64,000 nucleotides of DNA from Prochlorococcus marinus bv. HNLC1. GTDB lineage: Bacteria > Cyanobacteriota > Cyanobacteriia > PCC-6307 > Cyanobiaceae. The first letter of the stretch is position 1; the number at the start of each line of letters is the position of its first letter. The notes beneath the pieces were generated by a model, which searched no databases, was not told where the DNA came from, and saw only the letters and a list, made by a program, of their open reading frames with translations. Below are positions 1-12,067 of the stretch, one piece after another. The stretch is from contig GL947594.1 in assembly GCA_000218705.1 (NCBI GenBank), positions 1,308,002 to 1,372,001 on the forward strand, read 5' to 3'. The position numbers were made by a program, and so were the translations under genes.

Positions 1-1065
<1,065 letters not shown>

Positions 1066-1104
1066 CTATTCTTAATTTATAAAAATTATTCAATCAAAGA
1101 ACTA

Positions 1105-1509
1105 ATGACTATCTCGTTAAAAGTTTTAGCTCCTAACCAAAATGTTTTTGAAGGAGAAGCGGAAGAAGTTATACTTCCTAGTACTACAGGGCAATTAGGT
1201 GTCCTTCCAGGCCATATATCTCTTGTTACGGCAATAGATATTGGAGTACTGAGACTTAGGAGTAATTCTAAATGGGTTTCTATAGCTTTAATGGGTGGAT
1301 TTGCAGAAATTGAGTCTGATGAAGTGACTGTTCTAGTCAACAGTGCAGAGATAGGTTCTCAAATTAATACTCAAAACGCAGAAGAAGCTTTAAATAAAGC
1401 TAAAGAGGAACTTAATAAGTTATCAGATACAGAAAAAAGTTCAGAAAAGATAAAAGCTATTAACGAAGTTTCTAAAGCACAGGCAAGAATACAAGCATCT
1501 AAAAATTAG
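1105..1509 (+). CDS. atpC: ATP synthase F1 epsilon subunit
   Basis: [14 protein letters not shown] motif; directly after beta. Confidence 0.98.
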   Translation: MTISLKVLAPNQNVFEGEAEEVILPSTTGQLGVLPGHISLVTAIDIGVLRLRSNSKWVSIALMGGFAEIESDEVTVLVNSAEIGSQINTQNAEEALNKAKEELNKLSDTEKSSEKIKAINEVSKAQARIQASKN

Positions 1510-1512
1510 TCT

Positions 1513-1986
1513 TTACGCAGTTCCGCAAAATGTGACTTCAGGGAACTTGAGCTTGGCTTCCTCTAATTTCTTTGTTTTTCCCTCACCTTGCCAGTAATTA
1601 ATAACTTCAGTAGCTTTATTAAGAATTTCCACTCTCTCATTATCTGTAATCCAACCTTTATTTTCTAATTCTGTTTTTAATTTTTCCCAGGCATCTTCTC
1701 GTGGCCAAAAGAAATAAGCAGTTAATGGACTGGGCCCTCCTCCTACTATCTGATCAACAGCTAATGCAACATTATCGGGTAACCATAAAATTTTGATAAT
1801 AAATCTCCCTTCGTCTGGTTTTGGAGTATAGCCTGTTGGTACACCATCTTCATCTATTGTTGCTGCAGCAAGAACAGCAGAGGCACCCATCATTCCTGAA
1901 TTTGGGGCAGAATTTTTTGAATTTTGAGCTTCACCTTTGTTTTGTTGTTGATCAGCTATATTCTCATTTGTACTATCGGATGTCAT
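1513..1986 (-). CDS. ycf65: Plastid-specific 30S ribosomal protein PSRP-3/Ycf65 family (start may be an internal Met, MMGASAVL)
   Basis: [15 protein letters not shown]...[23 protein letters not shown]...W..ERVEILN core typical of PSRP-3. Confidence 0.9.
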   Translation of the reverse strand: MTSDSTNENIADQQQNKGEAQNSKNSAPNSGMMGASAVLAAATIDEDGVPTGYTPKPDEGRFIIKILWLPDNVALAVDQIVGGGPSPLTAYFFWPREDAWEKLKTELENKGWITDNERVEILNKATEVINYWQGEGKTKKLEEAKLKFPEVTFCGTA

Positions 1987-2117
1987 CTGAAAAATTAATT
2001 AATATCTTATAATTTATCAGTTAATGGGTGTATTTTGGCAAGATAATCTAACTTTAATTTGTATTAATTATTTTTAAATTAATTTTTATAGTCTTAAATA
2101 TGAACCAATCAATTTCA

Positions 2118-2273
2118 TCAATTTAAATTAACTTCATAATAATTATAAATTTCAGACTCAAGCCTATCCCAAAGATCTTTAGGGATTTCATTCTCTTCAG
2201 CAAACAAACCTAATTGTCCTGACAATGCACGCGCTTGAGATAATCTCAAATCATAGGACTTTTCTTCTGACAT
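2118..2273 (-). CDS. Small hypothetical protein, 51 aa (MSEEKSYDLRLSQARALSGQLGLFAEENEIPKDLWDRLESEIYNYYEVNLN); not in ORF track
   Basis: Hand translation: ATG at 2273, TGA at 2118-2120; co-oriented between pepP and psrp-3; resembles a small picocyanobacterial protein as I recall it. Confidence 0.75.
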   Translation of the reverse strand: MSEEKSYDLRLSQARALSGQLGLFAEENEIPKDLWDRLESEIYNYYEVNLN

Positions 2274-2332
2274 TTTTAAATTTAAATAATAATTAAGAAA
2301 ATAAATCCTTTGCTATTAATAAGTCAAATAGT

Positions 2333-3658
2333 TCATATCTCTAAATCAGCAATCTCTTTACAAGCAACAGAACTTAAAATCTCAGGACATTGATCATTTA
2401 CTAATACATCGTCTTCGATCCTTATCCCAATTCCTTTCCATCTATCGGGGATATCAGGTTGTCCTTCTGGGATTGGTATCCTATCGCTAATGTAAATTCC
2501 AGGCTCTACAGTTAAAATCATTCCATTCTCTAATAAGACTTCATAATCTCCTAATCTATAAGCCCCAACATCATGTACATCGAGCCCAAGCCAATGACCT
2601 GTCTTATGCATATAAAAATGTTTATATGAGCAATTTTCAATAATTTCATCCACACCACCTTTTAGCAAATTAATTTGCAATAAGCCTTCAATAATTACTT
2701 TTAATGCTTCATTATGGATATCACTAGAACTTACTCCTGTAATGACTGATTGTATAGCTTTTTTTTGTGCTTCAAGAACAATTTCATAAATAGCTCTCTG
2801 TTCCCCTGAGAACTTTCCACCTATAGGAAATGTTCTAGTAATATCACCATTGTAATAATCTGGGAGAGAACATCCTGCATCAACTAAAAGTAAATCACCT
2901 TTTTTTAATTCTGAATTATTAGCGGTGTAATGCAAAACGCATGCATTATCTCCAGAAGCAGCAATTGTATTATACGCAGGCCCTCTTGTTCCTTTTTCAA
3001 AGAAGAAGCCCTCTAGAAGCCCTTGTATCTGCCTCTCATTATTTTTATGACTAATATTAAATCTAACTAATTCATGAGCCTCTGCAGAGATCAGAGCAGC
3101 CTCTCTCATCCTTTCTATCTCATATTGACTTTTAATCAATCTCATTTGATTTAAGTATATCCCTGGAGGTTGAATTGCCCTTGGAGCTCTTCCAATTCTT
3201 GAATAATTATCAATTTGCTTTGCCCAAAGATTTAAAACTATTGGTTCAATTTCAGGATATTTACCAACAGAAAAAACTATTTCATCTGCCCCCATAAGAT
3301 AATTGGGCAACTCTTTCTCAAAATCACTTATTGGATGAGATTTATCGGCTTTAAATACCTTTTCTGCTCCATTAGTACCCCATCTAAATCCATTCCAAAC
3401 TTCACTTTCTATATCTTTAGGATGGACAAATAATATATATCTTTCTCCTATCGGTTTATGTGATAAAAATAAAGCTATAGCATCTGGCTCATCAAAACCA
3501 GTTAAATACCAGAAATTACTTTCTTGCCTAAAGGGATATTCGCAATCAGCATGATGTTGTACAAGCTTTGCTCCAGGAATAATTGCTGCTTTACCATCAA
3601 GTTTCGATAAAAAACTTTTTCTCCTATCTTGGAAAATTTGATTATCTAATTTCTTCAT
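2333..3658 (-). CDS. pepP: Xaa-Pro aminopeptidase (M24B)
   Basis: FRQESNFWYLTGF N-terminal motif; metal ligands in DAG..DITRT, HWLGLDVHD, TVEPG, GIRIEDD. Confidence 0.96.
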   Translation of the reverse strand: MKKLDNQIFQDRRKSFLSKLDGKAAIIPGAKLVQHHADCEYPFRQESNFWYLTGFDEPDAIALFLSHKPIGERYILFVHPKDIESEVWNGFRWGTNGAEKVFKADKSHPISDFEKELPNYLMGADEIVFSVGKYPEIEPIVLNLWAKQIDNYSRIGRAPRAIQPPGIYLNQMRLIKSQYEIERMREAALISAEAHELVRFNISHKNNERQIQGLLEGFFFEKGTRGPAYNTIAASGDNACVLHYTANNSELKKGDLLLVDAGCSLPDYYNGDITRTFPIGGKFSGEQRAIYEIVLEAQKKAIQSVITGVSSSDIHNEALKVIIEGLLQINLLKGGVDEIIENCSYKHFYMHKTGHWLGLDVHDVGAYRLGDYEVLLENGMILTVEPGIYISDRIPIPEGQPDIPDRWKGIGIRIEDDVLVNDQCPEILSSVACKEIADLEI

Positions 3659-3730
3659 ATCTTATTGGGTTGGCGTGTTTAGATAAAAAATGGAAGAATG
3701 AATTATAAATATTAATTTTGCCCCAAGTTA

Positions 3731-4708
3731 ATGGAGCCTAACGTTCTCATTCTAGTCACACTTATTTTTATTATTTTAATAGGTTCAGCTTGTTGCTCTG
3801 GGGCAGAAGCGGCATTTTTAGCTGTAAATTCAATGAGAATTTTCGAATTAGCAGCAAAACAAAAAACAAAAGGATCAGCTAATCAATTATTAAAATTGAG
3901 AAAACATTTAGGGAGAACCTTAACTGTAATAACAATAACTAATAATGGTTTTAATATAATTGGTAGTCTTGTTTTAGGTTTTTATGGAGCTTTATTAATA
4001 AATAATCGCTTAGGCCTGACTCTCTTCTCAATAAGTTTTTATGTATTAGTAGTTTTAATTGGAGAAGTAGTGCCTAAAGCTATTGGTACAAGATTTTCTT
4101 TGCAGATAGCAATTCTTTCAGTTCCCATTCTAAGAATGTTGAATAGTCTTATGAGACCTTTTTTAACTCTAATTGAAAAATTATTTCCTGTCATAACAGC
4201 AGAAAATGAGATATCAACTGATGAGAAAGATATTAGACAAATGGCAAAAATCGGATCACAAAAAGGGTTAATAGAGGCTGATGAAGCAGCAATGATTTCA
4301 AAAGTTTTCCAGCTTAACGATCTAAAAGCTAAAGATCTTATGATCCCAAGAGTTTCAGCTCCGAGCATCAATGGTTGCGAAACTCTTGAAGATATCTCAG
4401 AATTAATAGTCTCAAATACTTCACCCTGGTGGGTCGTCCTTGGAGATAAAGTTGATAAGATACAAGGCGTTGCAAAAAGAGAAAAATTACTTACAGCAAT
4501 TATTAAAAAAAATAAATCTGCTTTAATTACTGAATTATGTGATCCTGTTGAATATATTCCTGAAATGATAAAAATTGATAAGCTATTGACTACATTTGAC
4601 AATGATAATAAAGGAGTGAAAGTAGTAGTAGATGAATTTGGCGGTTTTGTGGGATTAATTGGAGCTGAAGCTATACTTTCTGTCTTAGCCGGATGGTGGA
4701 AGAAATGA
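3731..4708 (+). CDS. CNNM (DUF21) + CBS domain membrane protein (HlyC/CorC family)
   Basis: CSGAEAA, TITNN, GEVVPKAIG, VVDEFGG motifs. Confidence 0.9.
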   Translation: MEPNVLILVTLIFIILIGSACCSGAEAAFLAVNSMRIFELAAKQKTKGSANQLLKLRKHLGRTLTVITITNNGFNIIGSLVLGFYGALLINNRLGLTLFSISFYVLVVLIGEVVPKAIGTRFSLQIAILSVPILRMLNSLMRPFLTLIEKLFPVITAENEISTDEKDIRQMAKIGSQKGLIEADEAAMISKVFQLNDLKAKDLMIPRVSAPSINGCETLEDISELIVSNTSPWWVVLGDKVDKIQGVAKREKLLTAIIKKNKSALITELCDPVEYIPEMIKIDKLLTTFDNDNKGVKVVVDEFGGFVGLIGAEAILSVLAGWWKK

Positions 4709-5976
4709 ATTCACATCAATTAAAATTGGATGAAAGTTATTTACTTTTCCAAAACTGGTGGAAATCTACAGAACTTACAAATTATGAGAAATGTATATTA
4801 AATAATGAAATTATTACTTTTAATCAACAATTATTAAGGCTTAAAGAAAAAATCATCCGAATTGGTGTCTACGGTAAAACTGGTGTAGGAAAATCATCCA
4901 TATCTAATAAAATATTGCAAGAAAAATTTTTTCAGACTGGTATTTTAAATGGCTCTACAAAAAGTGCTTACTCAAAAGAATTTGATTTAAAAAATAATTT
5001 TATAAATTCAGTTGAATTATTTGATTATCCAGGATTCGATATTTGTAATGTTGATAAAAAGGAGGAGGAAATACAACATCTAAGAACTCTTGATTTAATT
5101 CTCTTTACAACTTCAGGAGACTTAAATAGACAAGAGCTTGATAAACTATTATGGCTAATAAAACAAGGGAAAAATCTTATAATAATTATTAATAAAATTG
5201 ATATTTGGGGAAGAGAAGAAATTAAAATTATAAAAGAAAATATAAGAACAAAATTACCAATAAATTGTAAGATTCCAATAATTACTTATTCAATAAAAGA
5301 TAATGATTTATGTGATAAAAATAAAATCTATAATTACTTAAATATCACTTTAAACAGAATTGGTTATAGTTTATTGATTTATAATACATATCAATTAGCT
5401 AATAATTTAGCTCATAATATTAAGGAGAAAAGATTAATAAAAAGGAAGCAAAAAGCTCAGTCTTTAATTGGAAAATTTGCAACTTTAAAAGCTTCAAGTG
5501 TTGCATTAAATCCAATGATTTTTATAGATATAGCAGGGAGTGCTACTCTTGATACCCTTTTAATAAATGAATTAAGCAAGGTATATGGATTAAAGATGAA
5601 AAGTAAATCAGCAATTTCACTTCTTAAATCATTATCTTTTAATAATATATTATTAGGAATTACACAAATTGGTATTCATTCATCTTTTAATTTAATAAAA
5701 AAAATGAGTTTAATATTAGCTCCTTTCACAAGCGGCTTATCATTAATGCCATATGGGCCAGTTGCAATAGCTCAAGCCGCAATAGCTCTACATACAACAA
5801 AAATTATAGGTAAATTGGCGGCCAAAGAAATACTTGAAAGAAGCATGATAAATAATTTAGAGCCTTTTAAAAATATTCAACAAATTATTTTTAAAGAACC
5901 AGAAATATTATGTTCCAGTAAATATTTTATAAATAGCCAAAAGTTTAATAGAGATTATTCAATTTTTATACCTTGA
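4705..5976 (+). CDS. P-loop GTPase with C-terminal DUF697/YcjF-like region
   Basis: G1 GKTGVGKS, G3 DYPG, G4 NKID; ATG at 4705 forms an ATGA overlap with the upstream stop. Confidence 0.8.
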   Translation: MNSHQLKLDESYLLFQNWWKSTELTNYEKCILNNEIITFNQQLLRLKEKIIRIGVYGKTGVGKSSISNKILQEKFFQTGILNGSTKSAYSKEFDLKNNFINSVELFDYPGFDICNVDKKEEEIQHLRTLDLILFTTSGDLNRQELDKLLWLIKQGKNLIIIINKIDIWGREEIKIIKENIRTKLPINCKIPIITYSIKDNDLCDKNKIYNYLNITLNRIGYSLLIYNTYQLANNLAHNIKEKRLIKRKQKAQSLIGKFATLKASSVALNPMIFIDIAGSATLDTLLINELSKVYGLKMKSKSAISLLKSLSFNNILLGITQIGIHSSFNLIKKMSLILAPFTSGLSLMPYGPVAIAQAAIALHTTKIIGKLAAKEILERSMINNLEPFKNIQQIIFKEPEILCSSKYFINSQKFNRDYSIFIP

Positions 5977-6541
5977 AAAGAAATATTCAAAAAGTCGCAT
6001 TATTCGGAACAAGTGCAGATCCTCCTTCTAATGGTCACAAAAAAATTATTGAAGAATTATCAAAAATTTATAACCTTGTGATTTCTTATGCGAGTGATAA
6101 TCCATATAAAAAACATTCAGAAGATTTATATTTTAGAAGCTTACTTTTAAAAACATTAATCAATGATTTTAATAATCCAAAAATATCTTTTGATCAAGAT
6201 TTAAGTAGTCGTTGGGCAATTTCATCAATTAGGAAGTGTAAAAAAAATATAATTTAAATGATATAGATTTCGTTATTGGAAGTGATCTTTTAGATGAAAT
6301 AATAGTTTGGAAAAATATTAATGAATTATTTAAAGAGGCTAATCTCTTCATTATTCCTAGGATAGATTACCCAATTAAAGAAAAAAGTCTAAAATCAATA
6401 AAAGAACTTAATGGTAAATTCAGTATTTCCCTGTTTAAAATTCCAAAAATTTCCAGTTCAAATATTAGGGGGAATATAAATTATTCAGGATTACCACAAT
6501 GCCTAATCCCTATAATTGAGAAAAATAATTTGTATAGTTGA
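5973..6541 (+). CDS. nadD: Nicotinate-nucleotide adenylyltransferase; one base missing in A8 run at 6240-6247 as given
   Basis: ALFGTSADPPSNGH motif; shifted frame continues YNLNDIDFVIGSDL...KISSSNIR...YS* to TGA 6539-6541. Confidence 0.9.
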
Positions 6542-6558
6542 TATAAGAAAATAAAATA

Positions 6559-8256
6559 ATGAAAATATATCTTGCACAATTCAATCCGATCGTTGGAGAT
6601 CTTGATGGGAATGCAAAAAAAATCCTAGAGATTTCACTCCATGCATTTAAAAGTTCTGCCGACTTAGTGCTTACTCCTGAATTATCATTATGGGGCTATC
6701 CTCCCAAAGATTTACTTTTCAACAGAAGCTTAATTAAAAAACAGATAAAATCTTAAATAAACTATCTATTGATATTGCAAATAAATTTGGAGAATTTAAG
6801 CATAATTATTGGTATAGCAGAGACTATAGATGATAATTTCTTCCCAAATTTATATAATTCAATTGCATTAATAGAAAAAGGTAAATGGTCAGTAATAGCT
6901 AGGAAAAATATCCTACCTACTTATGAGGTCTTTGATGAAAAAAGATATTTTAGATCAGGCGATAAGGTTTCTATTTTAGAAAAAAATATAAATACAAGAA
7001 TTTGGAAAATAGGAATAACAATATGCGAAGATTTATGGGTTAATCAGAATATAGAAGGTAGAGGAATACATAAAAGAGACCCAATTAATGATTTTGAATC
7101 AAAAGAACTAGATTGTTTGATTAATTTATCTGCTTCTCCATTCACTATTGGCAAATTCAAAAATAGACAAAAGATAGCAAATAATGCATCTAATAAACTT
7201 AAAACAAAAATGATTTATTTGAATCAAATAGGAGGCAATGATGACTTAATCTTTGATGGTAGTAGTTTTATTCTAGATAGAGACGGAGAGAAAATAAAGC
7301 AATTAAGTTCATGTAAAGAAGATTTTTATTGCTGGAATATGAATAAACAAAAAAATATCTCCCTTAATGAAAGGAATATTTCTGATCTTGAGTCAATTTT
7401 TGATGCCTTAGTTTTAGGAGTCAAAGATTATGCAAAAAAATGCGGATTTAAGACCGCATTAATAGGGTTAAGTGGTGGTATAGACTCTGCACTAGTTGCA
7501 GTTATAGCTGCAGCTGCATTAGGGAGCAAAAATGTTTTTTCTATCGCAATGCCCTCTAAGTGGAATAGCATTAATTCTAAAATTGACGCAGAAGAACTTG
7601 CTAGAAGACTTAATATTAATTTTGACATAATTTCCATTGAAAATCTTTTTGAATCTTTCAAAGAAACTTTAGAAGATTCAATAAATCTCGGTATTGAAGG
7701 TGTTGTATGCGAAAATATTCAATCCAGAATTAGAGGGAGTTTACTCATGGCTTTAGCTAATCAAAATAATCACTTATTATTATCTACTGGCAACAAATCT
7801 GAACTTGCAGTCGGATACTGTACTTTATATGGGGACATGAATGGAGGATTAGCTGTTATTGGTGATTTATATAAAACAAAGGTCTTTAAGTTATGTAATT
7901 GGATTGATAGTAAATTATCTAACCAATCAAGAAAAATTTATAATTTACCATTAAATAATAAAATTATTGGTGATAAAATTTGCAATAAACCTCCAAGTGC
8001 TGAATTAGGTCCTAACCAATTAGATACAGATTTCTTACCTCCATACACGCAACTAGATGGCATTCTAAAGGGACTTATAGAAGAAAAAAAAGATTTATCA
8101 CAACTTCAGAAAGAGGGAAATAAATATGATCTAATTTCAAGAGTAATAATGCTTATTAAAAAATCAGAGTTTAAAAGAAAACAAGCACCCCCAATTTTAA
8201 AATTAAGTAATCAATCTTTAGGGAATGATTGGAGGATCCCAGTTGCCATCAAATAA
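6559..8256 (+). CDS. nadE: Glutamine-dependent NAD+ synthetase; in-frame TAA at 6754-6756 from an apparent -1/+1 indel pair
   Basis: Nitrilase domain (PELSLWGYPP, YEVFDEKRYF, ICEDLW) plus synthetase domain (LSGGIDSA, NIQSRIRG, GNKSE, GYCTLYGD). Confidence 0.93.
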
Positions 8257-8271
8257 GTTGAATTGATATCT

Positions 8272-9321
8272 TTAGGTACAATTCTTAATTGATTTTAATG
8301 GCCTCTTAATAGATTTATAATTAATACCTTCTCTAATAGCTATCAATAAACCTGCTGCCTCTAAATAATTGTCTACTTTAAAGAGCTTTTTATAATCAAA
8401 CCATTTACTAGAAACATTTAAAACTCCCTCATTTTTTACCGCTATTATATTTAAGTCTCTTTCCATACATGCTAATACTGCTTCCCCTCCAAGTGCTCCA
8501 CTAGGAACAACAATAGACTCAATTTCATGAGGACAAAGCGTAATCTTATTATCAAGATCTGGCAAATCAATCAAATCTGGAGCAGTACTTAAACCAATAA
8601 GAACTGAAGGTAAAAATGTATAACCTATTTCCTCTGCAGCAGCCCTAGGATCCAAATTTACTTTCAAATCAATTGGAGCTAATGCTGGCGCATGAGCACA
8701 AGGAACCTTCAAGTATTTACTAATAAGGTGACTGATTACTGCCTCAACTCCAGCAATAACATCAATTCCTTTTCCTTCTCTATAAAGATTTACATTCTCA
8801 AAATCTATTTCATCTGGGAACCTAGTCACTATTGCGATAGCAGTAATTCCTTGATTAATTAAACTTTTCCCTGCTTTAATTAATGTCTCTGGATTTCTTA
8901 CATATCCACTACTCAAGCCTGATAATTCATCACTTATAACTATTCCTACTGGTTCATCAGTTATCACATAAGAAGCGATATCAATACCTAAAGTAGCTAT
9001 GCATGCATCAGCTACCTGTAAGTGCCTTAAGAGTATTTCATTTTCAATATTCTTATCAAAAATTATCCCTATTTTTTGCTGATTTACTTTTTTTAATCCA
9101 ATTTCTGCTCTGGCAAATCTATCAAGACTATATCCTTCTACATAAAAAATCCTTTCATCTTTTTCAGAAAGAGTTCCTCCATTCATCACATTTGGGTGAG
9201 TAACTAAACATCCTGAAGCGGAGGCAAGTAGTTTTGCTACGGGGAGAGCATCACCTGCAAAACCGCCAATCTCACATCCAATACCTGTTGGTATTACAAG
9301 AATAGTTGGGGTGGTTTTCAT
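8272..9321 (-). CDS. DUF3326 family conserved protein
   Basis: IPTGIGCEIGGFAGDA, THPNVMNG, DPRAAAEE, GFTFLPSVL-like motifs. Confidence 0.85.
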   Translation of the reverse strand: MKTTPTILVIPTGIGCEIGGFAGDALPVAKLLASASGCLVTHPNVMNGGTLSEKDERIFYVEGYSLDRFARAEIGLKKVNQQKIGIIFDKNIENEILLRHLQVADACIATLGIDIASYVITDEPVGIVISDELSGLSSGYVRNPETLIKAGKSLINQGITAIAIVTRFPDEIDFENVNLYREGKGIDVIAGVEAVISHLISKYLKVPCAHAPALAPIDLKVNLDPRAAAEEIGYTFLPSVLIGLSTAPDLIDLPDLDNKITLCPHEIESIVVPSGALGGEAVLACMERDLNIIAVKNEGVLNVSSKWFDYKKLFKVDNYLEAAGLLIAIREGINYKSIKRPLKSIKNCT

Positions 9322-9349
9322 TATATTTATATCAACATTATTGAAGAGT

Positions 9350-9527
9350 TTAGTTCAATACTAAGGCATTAATTTTTAATATTTTTTTATTTCCTGTAAT
9401 AACGATATCGTAAATTGACCATCTAATTATTTCTCCTTTTTTTAGAAATTTGACCGATTATAAATTTTCTTAAATCCTTTGCATAAATAGATTCAGGTAA
9501 TGGCAATTCATAATAAATTGATTGCAT
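9350..9527 (-). CDS. Small hypothetical protein (~58 aa) with one extra base in T7 run at 9437-9443
   Basis: Hand translation MQSIYYELPLPESIYAKDLRKFIIGQISKK, then after removing one base GEIIRWSIYDIVITGNKKILKINALVLN*; fills the atpG-DUF3326 gap in the same orientation. Confidence 0.65.
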
Positions 9528-9548
9528 TGTTGATAATAAATAAATTTA

Positions 9549-10499
9549 TTAAGTAGCTGATCCACCAACAACTTCTAAAATTTCTTGAGTAATAGCAGCT
9601 TGTCTAGCTTTATTGTAAGTAAGATTTAAATTGTTTGCTAATTCTTTAGCATTATCACTTGCATTATTCATAGCTGTCATTCTACAAGCCAATTCAGAAG
9701 CTGCTGATTCTTGGAGTGCTCTTAATATCTGATTCTGAAGATATAAAGGTAATAATGAATCTAATAATTGATCTGGACTTTGTTCAAAGACCATATCTGA
9801 AGATAATTTATCACTTTCAGCTTTTGCCATATTTGATTTCTCCACACGCAGCTGACTATTCTTTGTAGTCAATCTAAAAATCTCATCATTTTCTTCTGCT
9901 ATCCCTTGTGGATCTAATGGTAATAAAGTTTGAACAACTGGTGCACAGCTAACAAGTGTAATGAATTTTGTATAAATTATTTCCACTCTATCTGAGCTTT
10001 CTGATAAAAACTCCGCTAAAACTTCAGAAGTAATCCCCTCTGAATCTTTTGAAGTTGGTACTTGCTCTAGTTCTTTAAAAGTGCTTTTAATAACATATTT
10101 ATCTTTCCTATTTTGAAAATATCCAATTGCTTTTTTACCTACCAAAATTAAATTAGTCGAAAATCCTTGATTTACTAATTCTGAATATCTTGTTTCAACT
10201 TTTTTGATGACATTTGTATTATATCCTCCGCACAAACCTCTATCAGCAGTTATGCAGACCAAAGAAATTGTTTTAACATTTCTTTTAGACAAAAGTGGTG
10301 AATCAGACGACTCAAATTGCATTCTAGTTTGTATGTTCTGTAAGACCCTTGCGAGTTTATCTGCAAAAGGTCTACTCTTGAGAACTTGATCTTGTGCTCT
10401 TCTAACTTTTGCTGCAGCGACTAATCTCATCGCCTCAGTGATCTTTCTAGTGTTTTTTACAGAGACAATTCTATCTCTGATTTCTTTAAGATTTGGCAT
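9549..10499 (-). CDS. atpG: ATP synthase F1 gamma subunit
   Basis: [39 protein letters not shown]. Confidence 0.99.
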   Translation of the reverse strand: MPNLKEIRDRIVSVKNTRKITEAMRLVAAAKVRRAQDQVLKSRPFADKLARVLQNIQTRMQFESSDSPLLSKRNVKTISLVCITADRGLCGGYNTNVIKKVETRYSELVNQGFSTNLILVGKKAIGYFQNRKDKYVIKSTFKELEQVPTSKDSEGITSEVLAEFLSESSDRVEIIYTKFITLVSCAPVVQTLLPLDPQGIAEENDEIFRLTTKNSQLRVEKSNMAKAESDKLSSDMVFEQSPDQLLDSLLPLYLQNQILRALQESAASELACRMTAMNNASDNAKELANNLNLTYNKARQAAITQEILEVVGGSAT

Positions 10500-10520
10500 G
10501 ATTTTTTGCTAGAAATATAT

Positions 10521-12038
10521 TTAAATTTTGGCGAGCATTGCCGATTTAACTTCATTAATCACTTCTTTCAGCGTAGCCTCTAGTCCTTCATTAAGTTTTT
10601 TCTCTTTAAGGATTTCATCTATAAAGTCAGATTTATTTAGCTTAAGGTATTCTCTTAATTCTGAAGCAAATTTTGTTACGTCTTCAACAGGTACTTCGTC
10701 AATTAAACCTTTAACTCCAGCATAAACTACTGCAACTTGTTCAGCTAGATTTAATGGTGAGAATTGAGCTTGTTTGAGTAATTCTCTAAGTCTCTTCCCT
10801 CTCTCAAGTTGTTGCTGAGTTGCTTCATCTAGATCTGAAGCAAATTGAGAAAATGCAGCTAATTCATCGAATTGAGCTAATTCTAATTTTAAAGTACCTG
10901 CAATCTTTTTAATTGCTTTAGTTTGAGCAGCTCCACCAACCCTGCTAACTGAGATACCAACATTTATTGCTGGTCTTAGACCAGAGTTAAACAAATCAGC
11001 ACTTAAGAAGATTTGCCCATCAGTAATTGAAATAACGTTTGTTGGTATATATGCAGAAACATCTCCGGCTTGCGTTTCAATAATTGGTAATGCTGTCATT
11101 GAACCTCCTCCCATATCGTCAGAAAGCTTTGCTGCTCTCTCAAGCAAACGACTATGGCAATAAAAAACATCTCCAGGATATGCTTCTCTTCCTGGTGGTC
11201 TTCTTAAAAGGAGTGACATTTGCCTATATGCCTGAGCTTGTTTTGTTAGATCATCATAGATAACGAGTGTAGCTTTACCCTGATACATAAAATGTTCTGC
11301 AATAGCAGCTCCAGTATAAGGAGCTAAATATTGTAAAGCTGCTGCTTCTGAAGCACCCGCACTTACCACAACTGTATAGTCAAGTGCTCCCTTTTCTCTC
11401 AAAACTTCTACAACGTTAGCTACAGATGCAGATTTCTGGCCAACCGCTACATAAACGCAAGTAACATCTTGGCCTTTTTGATTGATAATAGTATCTATAG
11501 CAATCGCTGTTTTCCCAGTTTGCCTATCCCCAATTATTAATTCTCTTTGACCTCTTCCAACAGGAATCATTGCATCAATTGAAGTAATACCAGTTTGCAT
11601 AGGCTCATAAACGGATCTTCTTTTAATAATCCCAGGAGCTAATTCCTCAATAAGTCTATTATCACTTGTTGGTATTTCGCCTTTCCCATCAATAGGTTGG
11701 CCTAATGGATTAACAACTCTGCCTTGCATAGCTTCTCCAACAGGGACAGAGGCAATCTTTCCTGTAGCTTTTACCGTACTTCCCTCTTGGACCCCTAATG
11801 CATCACCCATCAAAACAGCTCCTACATTGTCATCTTCTAAATTAAGAGCTATTCCTTCAGTTCCATCTTCAAACTCAAGTAATTCTCCAGCCATGACTTT
11901 TTCTAAACCATAAATCCTGGCAATACCATCACCAATTTGAAGAACTGTTCCTACATTACTGACTGAAACAGATTGATCATAATCAGTTATTTGTTGTTTA
12001 AGTATTGAACTGATTTCATCTGGACGTATAGATACCAT
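10521..12038 (-). CDS. atpA: ATP synthase F1 alpha subunit
   Basis: GDRQTGKT Walker [14 protein letters not shown]. Confidence 0.99.
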   Translation of the reverse strand: MVSIRPDEISSILKQQITDYDQSVSVSNVGTVLQIGDGIARIYGLEKVMAGELLEFEDGTEGIALNLEDDNVGAVLMGDALGVQEGSTVKATGKIASVPVGEAMQGRVVNPLGQPIDGKGEIPTSDNRLIEELAPGIIKRRSVYEPMQTGITSIDAMIPVGRGQRELIIGDRQTGKTAIAIDTIINQKGQDVTCVYVAVGQKSASVANVVEVLREKGALDYTVVVSAGASEAAALQYLAPYTGAAIAEHFMYQGKATLVIYDDLTKQAQAYRQMSLLLRRPPGREAYPGDVFYCHSRLLERAAKLSDDMGGGSMTALPIIETQAGDVSAYIPTNVISITDGQIFLSADLFNSGLRPAINVGISVSRVGGAAQTKAIKKIAGTLKLELAQFDELAAFSQFASDLDEATQQQLERGKRLRELLKQAQFSPLNLAEQVAVVYAGVKGLIDEVPVEDVTKFASELREYLKLNKSDFIDEILKEKKLNEGLEATLKEVINEVKSAMLAKI

Positions 12039-12067
12039 TTTTTTAAGAAATAAGGGTGATTTTGAAA

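Noticed and set aside
9780-9920. Insertion in the ATP synthase gamma subunit as a redox switch
   Set aside because: Ordinary cyanobacterial insertion lacking the chloroplast regulatory cysteine pair
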